NCBI GenBank assembly: GCA_032718475.1
Contig: JAUCBJ010008826.1
Location: 1 to 64,000, forward strand
Reading direction: 5' to 3'
Length of the DNA stretch: 64,000 nucleotides
Source: Nemertoderma westbladi
Taxonomy: Eukaryota > Animalia > Xenacoelomorpha
Numbering within the stretch: position 1 is the stretch's first letter; each line of letters opens with the position of its first letter. The notes under the pieces are model-generated. The model was not told the DNA's origin. It did no database searches and was given only the letters and a program-made list of their open reading frames with translations. This document shows positions 35,299-48,077 of this stretch, in pieces. Made by a program: the position numbers and the translations under genes.

Positions 35299-36410
35299 TA
35301 GTCTGTGCTTCAGTGAGGCATAGTCTATGCCTCAGTGCCTCAGTGAGGCCTAGTCTATGCCTCAGTGCCTCAGTGAGGCATAGTCTATGCCTCAGTGAGG
35401 CATAGTCTGTGCCTCAGTGAGGCATAGTCTATGCCTCAGTGAGGCTTAGTCTCTGCCTCAGTGAGGCATAGTCTTTGCCTCAGTGAGGCATAGTCTGTGC
35501 CTCAGTGAGGCATAGTCTGTGCCTCAGTGAGGCATAGTCTATCCCTCAATGAGGCATGGACTATGCCACAGTGAGTCATAGTCTATGCCTCAGTGAGTCA
35601 TAGTCTATGCCTCAGTGACTCAGTGAGGCATAGTCTATGCCTCAGTGCCTCAGTGAGGCATAGTCTATGCCTCAGTGCCTCAGTGAGGCATAGTCTGTGC
35701 CTCAGTGCCTCAGTGAGGCATAGTCTGTGCCTCAGTGAGGCATAGTCTGTGCCTCAGTGCCTCAGTGAGGCATAGTCTGTGCCTCAGTGCCTCAGTGAGG
35801 CATAGTCTGTATCAGGTCTGAAATGAGAGTCTTACAAATTCGAATGGCAACGAACAAATTCGAAGGTTACTGTTCCACCTTGGTGTAGTGGTTGCGTTGA
35901 ATTCACATCTCTCTCCCGTATGTCATGGGTTCGATCCCTGCATGAACCAGGGCAGTTTTCGTTCTCAGTGTCTCGTTCAGTGCCTCAGTGAGGCATAGTC
36001 TATGCCTCAGTGAGGCATAGTCTGTGCCTCAGTGAGGCATAGTCTATGCCTCAGTGAGGCTTAGTCTCTGCCTCAGTGAGGCATAGTCTTTGCCTCAGTG
36101 AGGCATAGTCTGTGCCTCAGTGAGGCATAGTCTGTGCCTCAGTGAGGCATAGTCTATCCCTCAATGAGGCATGGACTATGCCTCAGTGAGTCATAGTCTA
36201 TGCCTCAGTGAGTCATAGTCTATGCCTCAGTGACTCAGTGAGGCATAGTCTATGCCTCAGTGCCTCAGTGAGGCATAGTCTATGCCTCAGTGAGGCATAG
36301 TCTGTGCCTCAGTGCCTCAGTGAGGCATAGTCTGTGCCTCAGTGAGGCATAGTCTGTGCCTCAGTGAGGCATAGTCTGTGCCTCAGTGCCTCAGTGAGGC
36401 ATAGTCTGTA
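35299..36410. repeat. Palindromic 22-bp minisatellite in the right TIR, including a ~599-bp tandem duplication
   Basis: (TATGCCTCAGTGAGGCATAGTC)n with 9-bp partial units. The block at ~35810-35962 recurs 599 bp later. Confidence 0.92.
35872..35959 (+). ncRNA. tRNA-like Pol III cassette in the right TIR (duplicate at 36470-36558)
   Basis: TGGTGTAGTGGTT ... GGGTTCGATCCC ... TTTT. Confidence 0.45.
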
Positions 36411-37940
36411 TCAGGTCTGAAATGAGAGTCTTACAAATTCGAATGGCAACGAACAAATTCGAAGGTTACTGTTCCACCTTGGTGTAGTGGTTGCGTTGAA
36501 TTCACATCTCTCTCCCGTATGTCATGGGTTCGATCCCTGCATGAACCAGGGCAGTTTTCGTTCGGTCAGCAATAGGCCTAACTTTGCAAAATGCACTATT
36601 ATTGCCTAGTAACCAATTCATGGCTACTATATGGTTTTCACTTTGAGACATTTCGCCCTCTAGCAGCAGACTGGGGAACTGGGGATAATATATCTAAATA
36701 AGTCTCAAACCTCTTGCCTCATGGCTCGCCCCTTAGAACTCTTACGCAATATGGCTTAAAGTTTTTAAGGAACACTGGTAAACGAGATTTGTTAATTACG
36801 TATACCTCGCAGTCTTAAGTAATTAATTATACAGTAGGTTAGATCGTTTTGAGAATAGGACCATTGGAAACAGCACCCTCGATAACCTCAGTACAAAGAA
36901 AATTAATACAGATTAACCGGATATAGCTTGTTATTATAAAACATAAATTATAATACAGAACAATTAGGGTTGTAAATAAAAACAAATTAAATTGAAGATA
37001 AACTGTATATATAAACTTATGTATTAATTGAGGGCCCTATTTAATTATACAGTATACTGAAAATGATTAGCGATACCAAAATTAGATTATCGATAGGGAT
37101 GTGGCTTCCTTAAATGAGGCAATGCTGACGCAGCACAAAGAATTTTAAGAGGGGCCCTGATAAATTGCTTTTCATGCGTAACTGGTAACCTAGGCGATAG
37201 CTTGTGTTAAGTTTAGGCCCTTTGCTAACATTAACTCCAAAATAGTTGCCAGTAAGGGAGCTGTATACCATAGAACTATATAGATATTGTGTCATGGTGA
37301 TCTCATTTAGTAGCGGTAAGTAATATAAAAACTAATTAATATTAAAATAGAAATCAATATATAAAGTAAAAGTAATACATTTAATTAATTTACAATAAAG
37401 TACAAATAAATAATTAATTTAAAATTAAATAAATAAAGTAAAAATAAATACAATTAAATAAATTAAAATTAAATACAAATAAATAAGTATTAATAAATAA
37501 AAGAGCTGCGGTGTCACTTATGACACCCTCTTGAGCCTCTAGGTGACAGTTAGACAACACTCATGACCCATTGGGTGTTAGGGCGCTATTCGGTCTGATT
37601 AATTAGGATATTCAATTAAACCCTAATTAGGAGTCGTAAGACACCTATTAGGGATTAAATGTATTAATTAATTGATGACACCTGTCAAGTAGGGTCTTAT
37701 TAGCCTAATTAGGAGGTGTCATCCAGACAGTCTGGTGCCAATGACACCCAATGATACCCATAGGTGTCACATTCCTAAGCGATGAGTCATGAGTGGGGAC
37801 TAACTGTCGCCGAGCCGCCCAAGACCCTACTACTATTAATTTTGGTACCAGTACAATAAAATGAGATCAAAATTGAAAGGGCAAAACTGGTCGATATAAA
37901 TAACAGTTTTAGATGTAAAGTAAAAGAGATAATTACTTAC

Positions 37941-38207
37941 AGTGTTAAAATCGTCATAGTCTTTAGGTTTGATGAGAAAGCCTGTACTTTCTTCCATGCC
38001 AATTTCCTTGCGTCCATTTGATCCATGCACTGCACTATCTCCAATAGGCCAACCGATATCAGGAGGATCTTCATTGATGTTAATGAAGGATTCTCCACCA
38101 TCACTTTCACTACAACCTTCGATAGTAACATTTTCAGCAACACCAAGTTCTTTGTTATCACCAGATTCTATATCTCCTCCTTTCGTAAAATTATCTGGAT
38201 TATCCAT
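37941..38207 (-). CDS. Putative first coding exon of a host gene (MDNPDNFTKGG...KDYDDFNT)
   Basis: ATG in AAGATGG context, 89 codons, consensus donor ACT|GTAAGT in phase 0. Confidence 0.6.
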
Positions 38208-38869
38208 CTTGAGTCTGTCAATGCCTCACCTAAGTGTATCTAACTTTGCCACATCAGTTGTCGCTGAGGCTATAGGCCCCTAGTTGTTCTTGATATGCAA
38301 TATAGTAGTGTTTTTCTTATCTTCGATAAGTTAGTAATACGGGTAATCTGATAATTTATTGATGTAGGAGAGACATTATATCTACAATGACATAAGACTT
38401 AGAAACTGCGTTGGTACTGTAGCCGTGATGTAGCGTATATTTCGTTCAGTTTTTAGTTTAGTTCGTAAAGGTCGGCTAATAAAAGAATAAAAATGTGCTT
38501 CCCCAGACAATGAGGGCGTAATTTAAGTGTATAATATACATATATATATATTATATATATATATATCCTGTACCGAAATATAGAAATATCCAACATAATT
38601 ACCGGATAATAAAATATTGCCAAACTAACATAAAGCACTTATTGGATTGTAAAGAAATTAACTGAGTTGACAATAAATTTACAGGATAGTGATAAATGTA
38701 CCGGTACTGAACTGACAACGAAATTGACAGGAACCAAAAATGTATCCAACTGACAACATTTTGACGGACGGACAAAAATTATCCTAAAGTAGTTTACAAA
38801 AACGAAAGAAAATAAGTTTCTAAACTAAATATTAGCCTAAAAAGCAAGTCAGGTGACCTAGCCGGATAT

Positions 38870-39574
38870 ATAGGGAACGCCCATTGCACCATTCTAACTC
38901 GAGTAAGTCGCAATTTTTTTCATATTTTATGAGTAAGTAGTGATTATTTTCTTATTGGCTAATAGTAAGTAGCGGTTTTTTCTTATTGGTCAAGACTAAG
39001 TAGTGATTTTTTCTTTTTGGCTAGAGTAAGTTGCGATTTTTTCTTATTGGTCAACAGTAAGTAAGTGATCTTTTCTTATTACTGGCTAGAGTAAGTAGCG
39101 ATTTTTTCTTATTGATTAATAAATAAGTAGCAATTTTTGTCTTATTGGTCTAGAGTAAGTAATGATTTTTTCTTATTGGCGATTAGTAAGTAGCGATTTT
39201 TTCTTATTGGTCAAGAGTAAGTAAGTGATTTTTTTTTATTGGCTAGAGTAAGTAGCGATTTTTTCTTATTGATTAATAAATAAGTAGCAATTTTTTTCTT
39301 ATTGGTCTAGAGTAAGTAGTGATTTTTTCTTATTGGCTAGAGTAAGTAGTGATATTTTCTTATTGGTCAAGAGTAAGTAAGTGATTTTTTCTTATTGGCT
39401 AGAGTAAGTAGCGATTTTTTCTTATTGATTAATAAATAAGTAGCGATTTTTTTCTTATTGGCTAGAGTAAGTAGTGATTTTTTGCTTATTGGATAAGAGT
39501 AAGAAACGATTTTTTAAATTTCTCTGCACCAAGAGTAGATAGTAGTCGTGGAATGGCGCTAATGGCGTTCCATA
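38870..39574. mobile_element. MITE-like element with an internal ~30-bp minisatellite (AGAGTAAGTAGCGATTTTTTCTTATTGGCT)
   Basis: Imperfect terminal inverted repeats GGAACGCCCATTGCACCATTC / GAATGGCGCTAATGGCGTTCC around a tandem array at 38900-39510. Confidence 0.7.
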
Positions 39575-40379
39575 GATATAAACCAACTGTCCGAAGATAA
39601 GTGTTTTTTTATGTGGGGCGAGTCACGTAAGTCCAGGACCCAGGTGAGCCTTTAGCGTAGGGGTACAATTAGTGGACCCGTCTGTCGTCATCATTGTTGT
39701 CGTCATTGTCGAAAATGTTTGAACGCTAATAAGTTGGTCAATCAGGGATAAAATGAAACCAAACTTGGTACACATGTAGTCAATCAAAAGTTTAGAAACT
39801 ATACACAGAGACAGACTTCTGTACTTCATCTGTTTGCCACTAAGGCAGTAGGGGGCGAATTGACAGAAACGTAGAAGTATTGAATTCTATTTCATTTATT
39901 AAGAATGAAATATAATATTTTAATTATTATATGTAAATCGCAAGGACGACCTTAACACAACAACAATTAACAATCAATACATACATATTTGTACATTTGC
40001 AGTTATTGGAGTTTATGACCCTGGCAAACCGGCACCATCGTCCATTCCGAGTCCAGAGCGCCACTTGATACGGGATCCACGAACGCAGGAGAAGCGCCTC
40101 GGATTATAGCGAACTGGATTCGCGTCTAACCCACCCCATTACCACGCTGTATGGCTGCGCCCATACCTGACTCAGACGGCAAACAAAGACACGAAGCAGC
40201 TGGTTGCCGTTGAGGTGCAATAAGCCCATCACAAGATACTACAAATGGGGCAAAGTCACGTCATCGCATCTCCACTGCTGCTTAATAGAGTTGCCTTTTC
40301 ACTTCATGTTTTCAGTTCTTTCTAGGAATGTCATTGGGGTGCGTCCCGTATATACGTATACTCATCAGCGAACCAGTTT

Positions 40380-41260
40380 TGGTACACTGAGGGGATCTTA
40401 GGAGTTGGATCAATGGGAGAACTCTGGCGGCATAAAACAGCATTGCCAAAGTATCTCCCTGCATCACTCACTCCTCCCTAAATAACACAGTATTCGTTCC
40501 CCAAATTGTCAGGATACTGTAACCACGGTAGTAATTTAACAGGAATGTTGAGCACTGCGGCCACAACCAACTCACATTCCAAAGTGTAGCGGTCCTATTG
40601 AATGCATTCGCCGCATCCACGAGCAGCACTCCCCCGCCGTACTCAGATCGGTTTTCAAACAAAGGGGTCATGGAGTGGACTGCGACCTCAACCCCAGCTG
40701 ACATCCTGGCAGAGATTTGTTACTCACTACAGGTGGCAGTCATGTCAGTACCAAGTGGCAAGCACCATCGCATGGCAGATAATTCGGTGCAGTATATCAT
40801 CTATACCAATGGGTTGTACCCCTGGACACTTGTCCAGAGCAATTAGTCTACCATACATGAGGGCCCTCACTACTTACCATGGAGCTACCTTTTTGGCGAG
40901 CAATCTGGTGATGCTAGCAACTGCAGTGCACAGTACAATTGGCAATTCAGTGACAATTGTAACTCCACTTCCATGAACCTTCCGTGCAACCATTGCTATA
41001 TGTGCGGCTGTAATATCCACCTCAACGAACTATGGCATATCTTCAGCGATGGAGTAGGAGTAGGGCTCTTGGATAAGGGGTGGAAACTGTGAGATGTTTG
41101 GCCTTTAGTGAATCAACCAATCAAAAACGGATGCCTGATGTCCAGCTACTGTTGTAGACTCCCCTGGATCAAGTACTCCCCTGGTTTCTCTCCCTGTGAC
41201 CCATCGAACCACACTCCTAACTTTACCCTTAAGCAGACGAAGGTAAACAAACACTCGAAC
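40380..41260 (-). pseudogene. Decayed RT of a CRE-like (RLE-type) non-LTR retrotransposon
   Basis: GVEVAVHSM...VLLVDAANAFN...WP...FLLNYYRG, followed in a shifted frame by an EGVMQGDTLAM-like motif. Confidence 0.65.
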
Positions 41261-42949
41261 AGTCTGTTCTTTCTCCGCGGCTGAATTGGAGTTTCAGTGG
41301 CAAGGCAATGATTAACGCCAAAAACACAGACAGACAGACGAAAGGTTGGCAGTCAATGATAGGAGGACTGGTGATAATTGGAAATTTATCTGGAATTACT
41401 AACTACCCCGCTCCGCGTATACTCTGCCTGTCTTACCGTGAGAAAAACTGCCGCCGTTGCCGATGATCACATTGACGTGTGTGTGTATGTCGCCACTTGC
41501 TAACTTGAGTGTCCTGAAAACGGAAAAACCCCGCGGCTTTGCCGGGAGAACGTCCTCTCTGGTATCGAAGGGTCTAATTGATATGTAATATCTGAATATA
41601 TCAGCTAGCAGTAGCGGTACAGCAGTATCAGACGTTTAGTAACCAGTGCAGTGTTCTCATTTTTACATTATTAAATTCTTAATTTCTTATTAAATTCTTA
41701 ATAAATTTTACATTCCTCCGTCTGCCGCTAGCGCGCTAGGGGGAGAATGACTAGGTCCACTCATTGTACCTCTGCGCAAAGGCTCATCTGGACTTACGTG
41801 CTGCGCGAAGTCCCCACGTACATGTTTTTACAACTGAAATTAGGACATTTGCAAATTATGTAATAACTTTGCTTTCGTCGGGATAACGGATAGAAGTTAA
41901 TTCGATTAGTTTATGTAACTCGTGGGACAGATTGGTTAATGGTTCCCGTAGACCGTGAATTAATTAATATATAATGTTTGCACGCCGAATATTCTGATTA
42001 CACACAAACCCCAAAACCCCGAAGGATTTTATCTGAATTGGCCCCTGCAGGTAGGCTATACTCATATACAGTGCAGTGGTGGCAATCCCATCAGGCAGTC
42101 AGGATAGTATAAATTCCTGTAATTTAAATATTAAATAGCACAATGGTTAATAAATATAATGGTGTAGGCTACAATATGGTAAGCTCTTAATGTTTGTAAA
42201 CCTAAAATATATGGCTGCATGATATATTTTGAATTGACCTTTATATAAAGTAAACCGGATCAAAGCTATTTTTCAGTTTTCAATTTCCACTAAAATTCTA
42301 TAGAAATTCCTAAAAGCTCCAACTTACTGCAGTGAATGATCCATTCCTGAGTAATAGGAGAGAGGGCTGTTGCGCTGTCAGTCAGAGAGGTAACAGCCTG
42401 TGGGGTAAGGATTTACCCCTGGGACCTGTATTAGGCAAAATAGCAGTAGCTGTGTAGGCCCACCAGTACTGTGCACGGTACAAGACCCGAAATTGAGCCT
42501 ACATCTGTAAATAATACACGGTTTCGCGGTACAAGACCATATAAATTAGACCACCATCTGTAAAATGCTCGCGTGAGTTCAGGAGTTGCACAGATGTCAG
42601 GATGTGCTGATTATATATCATGCATTAGGCCTAACGGATTCTGGTAGCCTGGAACTAGACCACCTGACCACTACAAAAACTGATGCGACAGAGCGAGGTG
42701 CCGTTAGCCTAACATTTCTCGGAGGCTGGTCCGATAACACTCAACGGTCAACGCATTGTTTGGTTGGACATTGACATTACCGGTATTGCATTACCTGATT
42801 ACAGTGTACATTACTGCATTATTACATACGGATTAGTATGGATTGAGAAATTGGATATATTTGACGTCAATGGAGGTTTGGTTTGAGAAATTAATACAGT
42901 AATATCACGTAGGCCTACCTAATCATATCTTTGCGTTAATTATTACTAG

Positions 42950-43278
42950 ATCCACTGGCCCCCAGCCACCTTCAACAAACCATCATTGCCGAGAGGCACT
43001 CAGCTAAGGGGGCGGAGCGCATTAAAAACTCTAAGTATCGCGACCAAATGGACCGGGGCCATTTATTTCACCCCGTGGCCTTTGAGACCTTTGGCCGCCC
43101 TGGTCCAGAGACACCCACCTTCCTCCGGGAGATCGGGGCTCGTCTCCACAGTGCCACCCACGAACCGCGGTCACACCAGTTTCTGCTCCAACGCCTGGAG
43201 ATGGCAATTTTGGTTGGTAATGCAGCCTCAGTCATGGGGACAGCAACCACGCCGACCATCGGTCTATTCGGGGACTGA
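42950..43278 (+). pseudogene. 3' end (restriction-like endonuclease C-terminus) of a CRE-like LINE
   Basis: FHPVAFETFGRPG...FLLQRLEMAILVGNAASVMGT matches the C-terminal pattern of CRE-clade elements. Confidence 0.7.
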
Positions 43279-43362
43279 AGAGCCGAAACCAATCGAAACT
43301 GTCGAGACGGCCGAAGATATTCAATACTCTATCTTATGCATTATGCAATCTCAAATATTCAA

Positions 43363-43566
43363 TGTTCGATCCCTAGATGGGGCAGTACTGTTTGGGCACA
43401 GTGCTTTAAATGCTGCAGCCTAGCCCAACCCCGGCTGTCATCCTTCAGTGGTCGATTGGGAACCAAGGCAACTTGGGAAACAGAGTGGAAGGGTTTACTG
43501 TGGAAGATCACCCATGGTGGTGAACAGGCATTCCTTGGCTTAACGAGCCTAAAAGATTCTCCCATT
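43363..43566 (+). mobile_element. 5'-truncated copy of the tRNA-derived SINE
   Basis: Homologous to the reverse complement of 13484-13690. Confidence 0.8.
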
Positions 43567-44457
43567 CAAATATTCAATTCGGTACTGTACCTTCAATTAA
43601 ATATTCAATCTTAGTATTATTTCTGTGCTTCGTTATTTAATAATGTGATTAGATAAAAAAAATAAATTAATGAAATATAATTCATCTGTTAATTACTACA
43701 AAAAAAAATCCAACATTATATTAACATTTATATAGTTTTGAATTAAATGTTTCGAAATCAACAGTCATTCAATGAACTTATACAGCAGTGTCATATATCG
43801 TGTATCCCTTGGCTGCTTGGTTTAATCACTATTCTTTATTCAAGTATAACTGAATCCTGGCCCGGCGCCTTCACCCTCCACTGATAATTTAAAATCGTAA
43901 CTTATTCAATCTTTGACTAAATTATACCAAACTTGGTAAACATGTAATCTTGTCTATCGGCTAAAATAAACACAACTTGCTAAAGTTTCCCCTATAATGT
44001 TTTTTCCTATAGAACAGGATGCAGTTTTATTTTAGTAGTAAACAAGCTGTTATTTGCGTCGATTTTCACCTGGAGAGGGAAGAATATTGATTGCACCCCC
44101 CCCCCCCCCCCCCCCCTGCAGTTAAGTAAGTGAAAATATGGCACCATTTAATTTTATTATCACGGTCGCACATCAAGTAGTCTGTCAAAAGATACAATTC
44201 ATTATAAACATAACAAAATTAATTATAATAATTCTAAAAATATAAGGCAGATCTTCCTAAAGTTAGCTCTTTAGTCTTTAGCAATCTTATCCATAAGATT
44301 AAAATATATTATTAGGAATTCGAAGAAAGCAAATTGTATTGAGTTAGTATTGGCAAGTTAATCTCACAAACCAGTCTAGTCTAACCTTAGAGTAGCCTTG
44401 CTCGCATTGTTCCAGGTTTAGGCCTATAGATTCCACCGTCTTCGTTCCAGGTTTAAT

Positions 44458-44760
44458 TCTGTAATAGACTCCGTTATCCGTCTCGATCGCTTCGCTATGC
44501 ACCATCTTACTGGGTTTAATAAACTCCATCGCCTTCCTGTCGTTCTCTGTTTTGTAGATTACTTCGCCATCGTCTGATCGCTTTGGTTGCGTGTTTAATA
44601 CTGTAATAGACTCCGTTGTCCGTCTCGATCGCTTCGCTATGCACATCTTACTGGGTTTAATAAACTCCATCGCCTTCCTGTCGTTCTCTGTGTTGTAGAT
44701 TACTTCGCCATCATCTGATCGCTTTGGTTGCGTGTTTAATACTGTAATAGACTCCACCGC
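44458..44760. repeat. ~141-bp tandem duplication (2+ copies)
   Basis: CTGTAATAGACTCC...ATCTTACTGGGTTTAATAAACTCCATCGCC...GCGTGTTTAATA is repeated. Confidence 0.85.
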
Positions 44761-45364
44761 CATCGTATCGTTCTGGATACATTGAATAGACTCCATCAGT
44801 CCATTGTCCATCGCGATCGTTTCATTGTTACGTTTAATTGACTCCGTCGCCTCCTCGGATTAGGAATCCGACCGGGTTTCGTAGATTCCGCCATCGTTCA
44901 GCAGTTCAGTGTTTTTAATCAAAGCCAGAATTCCGGCACCGGCACCACGATCAACGATTTCGGAAGTAACAGACTCCGTTAACAACACTCGGGGTTTAAA
45001 AAATACAACTATTGGGCAACTTGTAACTGGGCGATCATCAGATCATCTATCTGATAGTTGAAAAAGACTCTCTGACAGTTGGTATCAGACTATCTGATAG
45101 TTAGCGCCCCATGGGTAAATCCTTACCCCATGGGCTGTTACCTCTCTGACTGACAGAGCAACAGCCCCTATAGAGTAATAGTGTATATTAGTCAGGTGAT
45201 TGGTTCATTGGTTGCCAAGTAGCCTAGGCCCTACAGTAATTTTTACAGTAGAGTAGGTTAATGCTACTGTATATGTTCGTAATATGACATATTAGCGTAG
45301 CCCTAATGAAATATACTCGATACTGTTATGAGAATTTTTAGAGACTTCAGATACCATCAGTTCA

Positions 45365-45955
45365 ACAATCTCCCACTAGAGGGCTACATGTCTTAACATT
45401 AAATGTCCTCCAATTTCTTTGCTTTTAATTCGTTCAAGCTGAAACTTGGCAGATGTTTGCGAGGCCATCATCTGTTTCATTCACAGTTATCTAGTCTGCC
45501 GCTAGAGAGTGAAATGTCTGAAAGTGAAATCCTTTACCCATTCTGTTATTTAGATTAAGATCCGTTCAAGATGAAACTTGTCAGATATGTGATAGAACAC
45601 ATCTTTTCTCTTTGTGGGGTCGGAAATCGGTATGCAGTTCTCCAGTCTGCCGCTAGTGGGCGACATATCTGAAAGTGAAAACCTTCCTCGTTTCCTTGAT
45701 TTTAATCCGTTTAAGCTGAAACTTAGCATATGTACTACAGTAGAAAACTGGTGCTTCTTTGTGGGATGGTACTCCATCTACACTTCTACAGTTTGCCGCT
45801 AGAGGTCGAAATGTCTGAAAGTGAAAGTCTTCTCTCATTTCGTTATTTGTTATCCGTTCAAGGTGAACTTTGAGACCATACATACACCTTCCTGTGTCTT
45901 TGTTGGCACGGTAATCCCTCAGCAGTTCTCCAGTCTACCGCTAATGGGCTGAAAT
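45365..45955. repeat. Degenerate ~125-150-bp tandem repeats with a GCCGCTAGAGGGCG-like core
   Basis: Five diverged units of the form TCTGCCGCTAG....AAATGTCTGAAAGTGAAA...CGTTCAAG.TGAAACTT. Confidence 0.65.
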
Positions 45956-46201
45956 TAAAACATTTTAGAAATATGTTAAATAAAAACCTTCAGCCATTTC
46001 GTATTATTGTTAATAAACCTTTCCTTCTGATTGATATCTGGTATTGTGAGGTGTTAATCGAATGCAGTGTACATTCTGCCTCTTGTGTTACAGTGATTAG
46101 AGAGGACATATGCCTAGATTTTGCTAATAATTATTCTGAGTTGACACATAACATAAGTATATATTACGTGCTGCGCGAAGGCCCCACTTCGTGTAGGAAT
46201 A

Positions 46202-48077
46202 CAGTCGGGGTCTCAAAGTGCATCTGTTCTTTGAGATTTTCTCAAAGAACTAAAAGTGTCTCAAATTTCTAAAAGTGGTCCAAGAAAATGACAAAGTGTC
46301 CTCAAAGATTTCAAAGTAGTACTGTCAGTCATTTCACACAGTCCTGCCTGAAGCTGGCTATGGTATGGGGTATATTGACTTTGACTACTATAGGGTAAAA
46401 TATAAGTAATAAAAACCTCTATAAAACAATAAAGATGCCTCCAAAAAATACTGCAGTAATAAATATTTGTTACTGAAAGTAAGAATTAAACTTACTGCAG
46501 TAATAAAAAATTGTCTTTTTCTGCAGTAACAAATAATTTGTTACTGCAGTAGAATTTTTTATTCAATTATTTATTAATATTGATTACTGCAGTATAAATT
46601 TTTATTCAATTATTAAATTATTAATATTGATTATTGCAGTAATAAATATTTATTACTGCAGTAATAAATATTTGTTACTGCAATAATTGTTATATGTTAC
46701 TGCAGTAACTAATATTTAATACAGCAGTATTTTTTGCAGGTATTTTTATTGTTTCATAGAGGATTTTATTAATTTATATTTTGACTCTTTAGAGACGCCA
46801 TAATTGCGGGCTATCGGAATGTGTTGGTATTTGTGTAATAGACAGTTTGTCTGTTGCCCTATCTATATTAATGTATAGTGCTAAAACTGTACTGTTTAAA
46901 TTTGTTTAGCCCACGTGAACGCCGAATACCTTTACCAATGCATTTCAATGGTCAACCAGCCATACCTTGCCGCACTGTAAATTGTGTTATACAAAGTAAA
47001 GAATAACGATAGAGGCAGGAATAAAGATAAATGATTCAAGCGCGCTAATTGGCTGTTCCCATAGATGTTTTAGTTTTAGGCATTGTTGGTGCGCAATGCA
47101 TATATGGTCAGAGCGACCGCCCAGTCTGCCAAAATCTATTATGTAATCAAATGGTACCACAAGCCAAGCAAAGCATGTGACAGTTCTTTCCGACTCTGCA
47201 CCTGTTTGTTTGAAGGTCGCCGTCCGTGGGTCGCTACTCGCTAGCTGTGATTGATAGTTTAAACTTCCTTCTGGCAAAGCGGCATGCCAGAAGGCGGTAC
47301 ACATCAATTGAATATGAGGCAAACATTTAAAATATGCTCAAATATAAACGCCAGGGGCAGGGGATATTTTAATATCTCTATTAAGCTAAAACAACACAAG
47401 ATTGTAGCCGTTCTATCGTACTTGAAAGTCGAAAGCCTTTCTTAGTTTTTAAGAAGGAATTCTCGCGCTCTCGTCAACATAGTTATCATATTAATTAAAC
47501 AGTTAAGGTAGTACGGTTTGACCTGAGGTGACTAATGAAATGAATAACAAATGTTATTACAAGCTTTCTCCCAACAGGGCTTCTTTAGGTCATTATAATG
47601 AAACTGCATATACACAGAGATACTACAGTGCAGTTTCTCTTAGGGTGACGTAAATTCAATTTGTACTTGCGACCGAAAACCCATTCCGTAATGACCTCAG
47701 GAACCTCAATTTGATAAATTAATGGGAATATAGCTTCTATGCAACAACTGGCCAGCACACAAGTATCACTTTGTTGCCCGCATAATATTGTTCCCCGAGA
47801 ATGCCTCTGCCTCTCAGTTAACTTACCACGAGCTGTCAATCAGGAATACCTCAGAGTTTATTTTCTCAAAGAATTAAAAGTGCCGCAAACTACCTCAAAG
47901 TGACATTTCTCAAAGAATTCAAAGTGCCTAAAAGCAGGAAATCACTTTGAGATTCCCAACTAAAAGTGTCTACAAGAATTCAAAGCGACCGTTGGGAGTA
48001 ATGTAATGACTTTTAGACACTTTTAGAAAAACTTTGAGAAAATCTCAAAGAACAGATGCACTTTGAGACCCCGACTG
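46202..48077. mobile_element. Tc1/mariner-type non-autonomous element (TA TSD, 46-bp perfect TIR)
   Basis: TA|CAGTCGGGGTCTCAAAGTGCATCTGTTCTTTGAGATTTTCTCAAAG and its exact inverse ending GACTG|TA. Confidence 0.88.
46390..46791. mobile_element. Nested fold-back MITE with TACTGCAGTA palindromic repeats
   Basis: The ends are imperfect inverted copies (AAAACCTCTATAAAACAATAAA / TTTATTGTTTCATAGAGGATTTT), with many internal TACTGCAGTA units. Confidence 0.7.

Larger units (their letters stand above)
15855..37834. mobile_element. Polinton/Maverick-like non-autonomous element with very long TIRs (hosts the solo LTR and LTR copy 2)
   Basis: Termini AGTAGTAG...CTACTACT with flanking ATTGAT / ATTAAT (5 of 6 match). 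The left arm 15855-17597 plus 18789-18950 is the reverse complement of the right arm 35043-37834. No pPolB, integrase or capsid ORF is seen. Confidence 0.7.
42358..45172. mobile_element. Non-autonomous DNA transposon with ~60-bp TIRs
   Basis: GGGCTGTTGCGCTGTCAGTCAGAGAGGTAACAGCC...GGGGTAAGGATTTACCC is inverted at 45110-45168. A flanking 9-bp direct repeat GAGTAATAG (42349-42357 / 45173-45181) may be the TSD. Confidence 0.72.

Noticed and set aside
35299-36410. CRISPR-like palindromic repeat array
   Set aside because: No unique spacers, no cas genes, and the context is eukaryotic.
44344-44811. 155-aa ORF with an internal repeat
   Set aside because: The repeat unit is preserved only via frameshifts and no domain is recognisable, so it is treated as a tandem duplication.
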